From assembly GCA_965649115.1 (NCBI GenBank), contig CBFGJN010000030.1:1-22021 (forward strand): DNA of 22,021 nt, given 5' to 3'. The notes below the pieces were generated by a model. That model saw nothing but the letters and a program-made list of their open reading frames with translations, was not told where the DNA came from and made no database searches. The DNA is from a candidate division WOR-3 bacterium (GTDB taxonomy: Bacteria; Hydrothermota; Hydrothermia; LBFQ01; DSFT01). The translations under genes and the position numbers were made by a program. Shown here in pieces: positions 18,020 to 22,021 of the stretch. Each line of letters begins with the position of its first letter. Within the stretch, counting starts at the first letter, position 1.

Positions 18020-18651
18020 AACTTCCAAAAGGTTCATTAAAATGGAAAATAACATATATATTGGCTTATCCAATTGCTAAATTTATTATTGGAGTTAAAA
18101 TTTACGGAAGAGAAAATATCCCTGAAAATGGTCCTTTAATTTTAGCCCCAAATCACAGAAGCTATATTGACCCGCCTGTTGTTGGTTTTGCAAGTCCAAG
18201 AGAAACATATTTCTTAGCAAAAGAAGAATTATTTAAGTTTAAGCCATTTGCTATGTTAATATCTTTTTATAATGCAATTCCTTTAAAGAGAAGCGTTGAA
18301 TCAAAAACTGCTTTAATTTATGCTATTGAAAAATTAAAAGAAAACAAAGTCATAACAATTTTTCCAGAAGGCACAAGAAATAAAACAAAACAAAAATTAT
18401 TACCATTTAAGCTTGGCGTGGCATTTTTATCATTAAATACAAATGCAAAAATTGTTCCAATATATATAAAAAACAATGATGGTAGAGCATTTTTAAAACC
18501 TTTCTTATGGATTTTAAGAATTAAAAGACTTGAAGTTCATATAGGCAAACCCATAGAGCCTAATGAATTTACAAATGATAGAAAAGGGCAAGTTGAACTA
18601 ACAAAAAAACTATATGAAGAAATGTTAAAACTTATAGAAAATGCTAAATAA
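18016..18651 (+). CDS. plsC: 1-acyl-sn-glycerol-3-phosphate acyltransferase
   Basis: NHRSYID (HX4D), FLAKEELF, IFPEGTR, IVPI motifs. Confidence 0.93.
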   Translation: MKLPKGSLKWKITYILAYPIAKFIIGVKIYGRENIPENGPLILAPNHRSYIDPPVVGFASPRETYFLAKEELFKFKPFAMLISFYNAIPLKRSVESKTALIYAIEKLKENKVITIFPEGTRNKTKQKLLPFKLGVAFLSLNTNAKIVPIYIKNNDGRAFLKPFLWILRIKRLEVHIGKPIEPNEFTNDRKGQVELTKKLYEEMLKLIENAK

Positions 18652-19504
18652 ATTAAATTTTAAAATTGGACATTATAAAAATTGTACAGTTATACTATGC
18701 CCTAATAGGACAATTGGAAGTTATTATTGTCCTGGCTATGCCCCTTCTAGTAGAGAATTAGAACTACTTAAACCTGATAAAACTGTAAATGTTGTTAATG
18801 CTATATTATTAACAGGTTGTTCAGCATTTGGACTTATAAGAGCAGAAGGGGTTGTTAAATTTCTTAAAGAAAATAATATAGGATATAAAACACCCTTTTC
18901 TATTGTTCCTATTGTTCCATCTGCCGTTATATATGACCTTGGAGTTTTAGAGATTATTCCTGAAATTGATGATGGATATAAAGCTTGTTTAAATGCTAAT
19001 TTTGATGTAAAAATTGGAAAAATTGGTGCTGGTCTTGGTGCTACTGTTGGAAAGTGGGCAGGATTTGAATATAAAGATGATGGAGGATTGGGTTTTTATT
19101 GTTATGAATATAAAAATTTAATTGTATGTGCATTAAGTGTTGTAAATAGTGTTGGAGATATTATAGATAAAGATGGAAAAATTTTAAGAGGTGCTAAAAA
19201 AGATAATAACTTTTTAGCAGAAAATTTAAAATTTAGATTTTTAAGCATTAGTGAAAACATAAATACTACAATTGTTTGTATTCTCACAAATGCAAAAATT
19301 GATAAACTTGGTTGCTATAAGCTTTCAAAACGTTCAGTTATCGGAATATCAAGAGCAATTGAACCATCTTTTACTTCTTATGATGGAGATATTATTTTCA
19401 CATTAACAACTAATGAAGTTGAATGCTCTTTTGAAGAATTATGTGAAATCACGAATTTTGTTGTTTCTGAGAGTATTCGTTCAATAGCTCAAAAAATGTT
19501 TTAA
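18641..19504 (+). CDS. Peptidase family S58 / P1 (DmpA-like)
   Basis: APSSRELELL, AILLTGCSAFGL, VPIVPSAVIYDL, GAGLGATVGK, VVNSVGD, NTTI, YDGDIIF. Confidence 0.88.
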   Translation: MLNKLNFKIGHYKNCTVILCPNRTIGSYYCPGYAPSSRELELLKPDKTVNVVNAILLTGCSAFGLIRAEGVVKFLKENNIGYKTPFSIVPIVPSAVIYDLGVLEIIPEIDDGYKACLNANFDVKIGKIGAGLGATVGKWAGFEYKDDGGLGFYCYEYKNLIVCALSVVNSVGDIIDKDGKILRGAKKDNNFLAENLKFRFLSISENINTTIVCILTNAKIDKLGCYKLSKRSVIGISRAIEPSFTSYDGDIIFTLTTNEVECSFEELCEITNFVVSESIRSIAQKMF

Positions 19505-19811
19505 CTGCTCTTCTTACATGCGGTATTGTAATTGAACCACCTACAATTAAGGCAATATCAATAATTTCAAAAAACTCATCTTTTGTTATACCATTTTCCA
19601 AACACTTAATAATGTGATAGGTTATACAATCATCACATCTAAGAACAATTGAAGCAACAAGACCCATCATTTCTTTATATTTTTTAGGAATTTTACCATC
19701 ATTATAAACATCATGATCAAGAGCAAAAAATCTCTTTGTTGATAATGTCCCTTCTTTTAATATAATTTCATTCATCTTTTCTCTAAAAGCTTTAAAGTCA
19801 TTTACATTCAT
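19449..19811 (-). CDS. Carboxymuconolactone decarboxylase / AhpD family protein
   Basis: KYKEMMGLVASIVLRCDDCITYH (E-x9-CxxC-x3-H-type AhpD core), VGGSITIPH. Confidence 0.9.
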   Translation of the reverse strand: MNVNDFKAFREKMNEIILKEGTLSTKRFFALDHDVYNDGKIPKKYKEMMGLVASIVLRCDDCITYHIIKCLENGITKDEFFEIIDIALIVGGSITIPHVRRAVKTFFELLNEYSQKQQNS

Positions 19812-19818
19812 AGCGAAA

Positions 19819-19824
19819 ATTATA
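19819..19824 (-). promoter_or_regulatory. Consensus -10 TATAAT, 7 nt upstream of the CMD-gene ATG
   Basis: Minus strand ACTTTATAATTTTCGCT-ATG. Confidence 0.65.
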
Positions 19825-19839
19825 AAGTCTATAATTTGA

Positions 19840-20205
19840 TGGTGTGTCTAGTAATTCTGAAAGTATTTATTTTTCTTATTTTGGCCACCCATCTTATATT
19901 CAAGGTTTTGCCTTAAAAACTTCGCTCCCTTAAAAACCTCCGTTGGACAAAGCAAAAAATTTTAGTGTGTCTAATAATTTTAGAACCATTTATTTTTCTA
20001 TTTTTCCCGTCCACCCTGAAATTAAGCTTTATTCAGTAATTCTGGGAACATATATTTTTCTATATATAGTTTCAGAAAATTTTTCATAAGTTATTGATAA
20101 TCAATTACTTGACAACAATTATTGGACAAAGCAAGTTTTATTTAGTGTTTATAAAAATTCTGAAAGTATTTATTTTATTATATTTCTTCCATACACCCTA
20201 TTAAA
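19840..20205 (-). mobile_element. Tandem cluster of four same-orientation element derivatives: 19840-19954, 19963-~20024, 20025-20133, 20143-~20205
   Basis: Four starts resembling TGCTGTGTCTAGTAATTCTGAAA and two GGACAAAGCA ends (19954, 20133). AATTCTGAAAGTATTTATTTT is identical at 19853 and 20156. Palindrome at 20087-20111. Confidence 0.8.
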
Positions 20206-20246
20206 ACAACGTAAAGATTAGCTTGTCCTTTCTTTAATAAAATAAA

Positions 20247-21599
20247 TCAAGACAAACTCTGACTGATTTTTTCAAACATTTCCTTAAAAACCTTCGGATC
20301 AATTTTGGAATTTATTTTTTTAGCCTCTCCAATAAAAAAGCCTAATAGGCCTAATTTCCCTGATTTATATTCTACAAACTTTTGAGGATACTTTTCAATT
20401 AAATCCATTATTATTTTTTTAACTTCACTTTCATCTAATAATTCAAAATTTTTAAGAATTTCATCAACACTAAGTTTATCCTTCATTTCTAACAATTTCT
20501 GCCTTGCTATATGACTTGGAATTTTATTTTCCTTCATTAAAATTGTTAGTTTTGAAAGTTCTTTAACATCGGGGAAATTTTCAAAAGATTTTATGATATT
20601 TACAATTAAATTACTTCCAACAATTGGGTCTCCTCCATTTGAAAGAAATAGTTCAAAATAATTATTTAAATTTATATCTCGGACAATTACTTCTGCATAT
20701 TCCTCACTAACACCAATACTTAAATAATAATTAAATTTCTCAAAGGGTGTGCTAAACTTAAAGTCAAAATTTTTTAATGTGATAAAAGGCAAGTCTGGTT
20801 CTGGAAAATATCTATAATCTTCCTCACTTTCCTTCTTTCTAATTTCTCTTGTAGTCTTTGAATAATCATCCCACATTTTTGTTGTTCTTTTTATAGAAAT
20901 GCCTTTTTTTATCTGTTCTACTTGATAGTTTATTTCATATTCAAGAGCATTTTCAACTTCTCTTATAGAATTAACATTTTTTATCTCCACTCTTTCATTG
21001 TTATTAACGGACACATTTATATCAACACGCATTTGACCTTTTTCCATATTAGCATCAGATATATTTAGATATTGAACCAAAAGTCTTAAATTTTCAAGAA
21101 ATTTAACAACTTCTTTTGGATTTCTCATATCAGGATATGTAACAATTTCAATTAATGGAATTCCTGCTCTATTAAAATCTAACAAAATCTGATTATCTTC
21201 TATCTGAATGCTTCTTGCAGTATCTTCTTCAAGACTTATTCTCATAATTCTAACATGTTTTTCACCTTTAAGATCTAAATTCAAGTATCCATCATAACCA
21301 ATTGAACCTATTTTATATTGAGTTATTTGATAACCTTTTGGAAGATCAGGATAAAAATAATTTTTCCTATAAAATTGAAACTTTTGAGATAACCTACAAT
21401 TTAAAGCCTTTGATAACATTATAGCATATTCTAACGCTTTTTTATTTACAGAAGGAAGTGTTCCCGGATAACCGAGACATATTGGACATATATTTAAATT
21501 AGCTTCATCTTCATAATTGTAGTCATTTTTACAAGAGCAAAACATTTTACTTTCAGTTTTTAATTGAAGGTGAATTTCAAGACCTATCTTTATATCCAT
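20247..21599 (-). CDS. gatB: Asp-tRNA(Asn)/Glu-tRNA(Gln) amidotransferase subunit B
   Basis: IGLEIHLQL, KMFC, CLGYPGTLP, RKNYFYPDLPKGYQITQ, DFNRAGIPLIEIVT, EIKNVNS, DYRYFPEPDL. Confidence 0.98.
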   Translation of the reverse strand: MDIKIGLEIHLQLKTESKMFCSCKNDYNYEDEANLNICPICLGYPGTLPSVNKKALEYAIMLSKALNCRLSQKFQFYRKNYFYPDLPKGYQITQYKIGSIGYDGYLNLDLKGEKHVRIMRISLEEDTARSIQIEDNQILLDFNRAGIPLIEIVTYPDMRNPKEVVKFLENLRLLVQYLNISDANMEKGQMRVDINVSVNNNERVEIKNVNSIREVENALEYEINYQVEQIKKGISIKRTTKMWDDYSKTTREIRKKESEEDYRYFPEPDLPFITLKNFDFKFSTPFEKFNYYLSIGVSEEYAEVIVRDINLNNYFELFLSNGGDPIVGSNLIVNIIKSFENFPDVKELSKLTILMKENKIPSHIARQKLLEMKDKLSVDEILKNFELLDESEVKKIIMDLIEKYPQKFVEYKSGKLGLLGFFIGEAKKINSKIDPKVFKEMFEKISQSLS

Positions 21600-21609
21600 A
21601 TGTTTTTAA

Positions 21610-21615
21610 AGTTTA
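21610..21615 (-). promoter_or_regulatory. -10-like TAAACT, 10 nt upstream of the gatB ATG
   Basis: Minus strand CCTTTAAACTTTAAAAACAT-ATG, a variant of the recurring motif. Confidence 0.45.
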
Positions 21616-21669
21616 AAGGATAGAAGAATTTTACAAAACTTCGTTTTATAAATACCTATATTTAGACAC

Positions 21670-22021
21670 TGGGGACAAAGCTCCCGACAAAAAATAGGGT
21701 ATTTTAAAGGCGAAGCATTGAAGATAGGGTGGGTGGGAGAATATAAAAAACAAATAATTTCAGAATTATTAGACAAAGCACTTATCAATTTAATTTATAG
21801 GGGGGCGTTAGCACCCCTACCGAAAAATGGGGATTTTATAAGCCGAAGGCTTGATTTTAGGGTGTGTGGGTAAATAAGGAAAAAATAAATAATTTTAGAA
21901 TTACTAGACACAGCACTGATTAGATGCTTTGTCTAGTAATTATTGTTAAGTCTTTGATTATCAATAACTTATAAAAATTTTAAGAAAATTATTAATTTTG
22001 GTGGGGGTTTTAAGGGGGGCG
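21670..22021 (+). mobile_element. Tandem cluster of three element copies: right halves ~21670-21780 and ~21797-21915, and a new copy from 21925 that runs off the window
   Basis: Right ends AATTATTAGACAAAGCA (21780) and AATTACTAGACACAGCA (21915). Left end TGCTTTGTCTAGTAATT at 21925. Palindrome at 21947-21971. Confidence 0.85.

Noticed and set aside
809..19287. Antisense or alternate-frame ORFs (809-1081, 1461-1754, 2073-2288, 9580-9888, 11562-11867, 11919-12137, 17640-17849, 17713-17997, 19102-19287)
   Set aside because: They are shadows of well-supported genes on the opposite strand with no independent motif evidence.
13604..19850. TAGACA/TGGACA in the right TIR acting as an outward -35 to form hybrid promoters
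   Set aside because: Spacing to the -10 boxes is about 27-28 nt in most cases and 20 nt for the CMD gene, not 16-18 nt.
5368..21788. Short track ORFs overlapping element copies (5368-5550, 13479-13700, 15896-16141, 21606-21788) as genes or transposase fragments
   Set aside because: They show no recognisable motifs, the reading frames are not conserved between copies, and most overlap real genes.
19840..22021. Tandem repeats as a CRISPR array
   Set aside because: The units are long, degenerate, irregular in length and bounded by TIRs. There is no constant repeat with unique 30-40-nt spacers and no cas genes in the window.
5206..22021. tRNA, rRNA or known riboswitch in the intergenic regions
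   Set aside because: I could see no cloverleaf, T-loop or recognisable aptamer motifs; the GC-rich patches are explained by the repeat element.

Overview
AT-rich bacterial chromosomal window, probably from a diderm organism (Lpt- and Lol-like genes are present). It carries 21 mostly housekeeping genes: holB (partial), lptF/G, proS, dprA, a beta-barrel-like protein, secG, purH, a TPR protein, dnaK, lolA-like, recX, a lolD-like ATPase, purK, a Na/Pi cotransporter, an Rrf2 regulator, rpoZ, coaBC, plsC, a peptidase S58, a CMD/AhpD protein and gatB. The unusual content is non-coding. All seven intergenic gaps over 50 bp contain copies or remnants of one ~210-bp MITE-like element (about 14 pieces, 6 with both ends). 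It has ~17-bp terminal inverted repeats (TGCTTTGTCYAGTAATT ... AATTACTRGACAMAGCA), 9-bp target-site duplications, a back-to-back pair of IHF-consensus sites, two C-GAA-G-type hairpins and a GGGTGGGTGGG tract. Copies nest inside each other, abut head-to-tail with 8-9-bp spacers, and repeatedly place the same end 22-23 nt upstream of a -10 box. No transposase is in the window. Two further patterns: nine genes start 7-10 nt after a TTTAAAATTT (-10-like) motif with no Shine-Dalgarno, suggesting leaderless-type mRNAs, and the predicted envelope proteins have only 4-7-residue hydrophobic N-termini instead of classical signal peptides.
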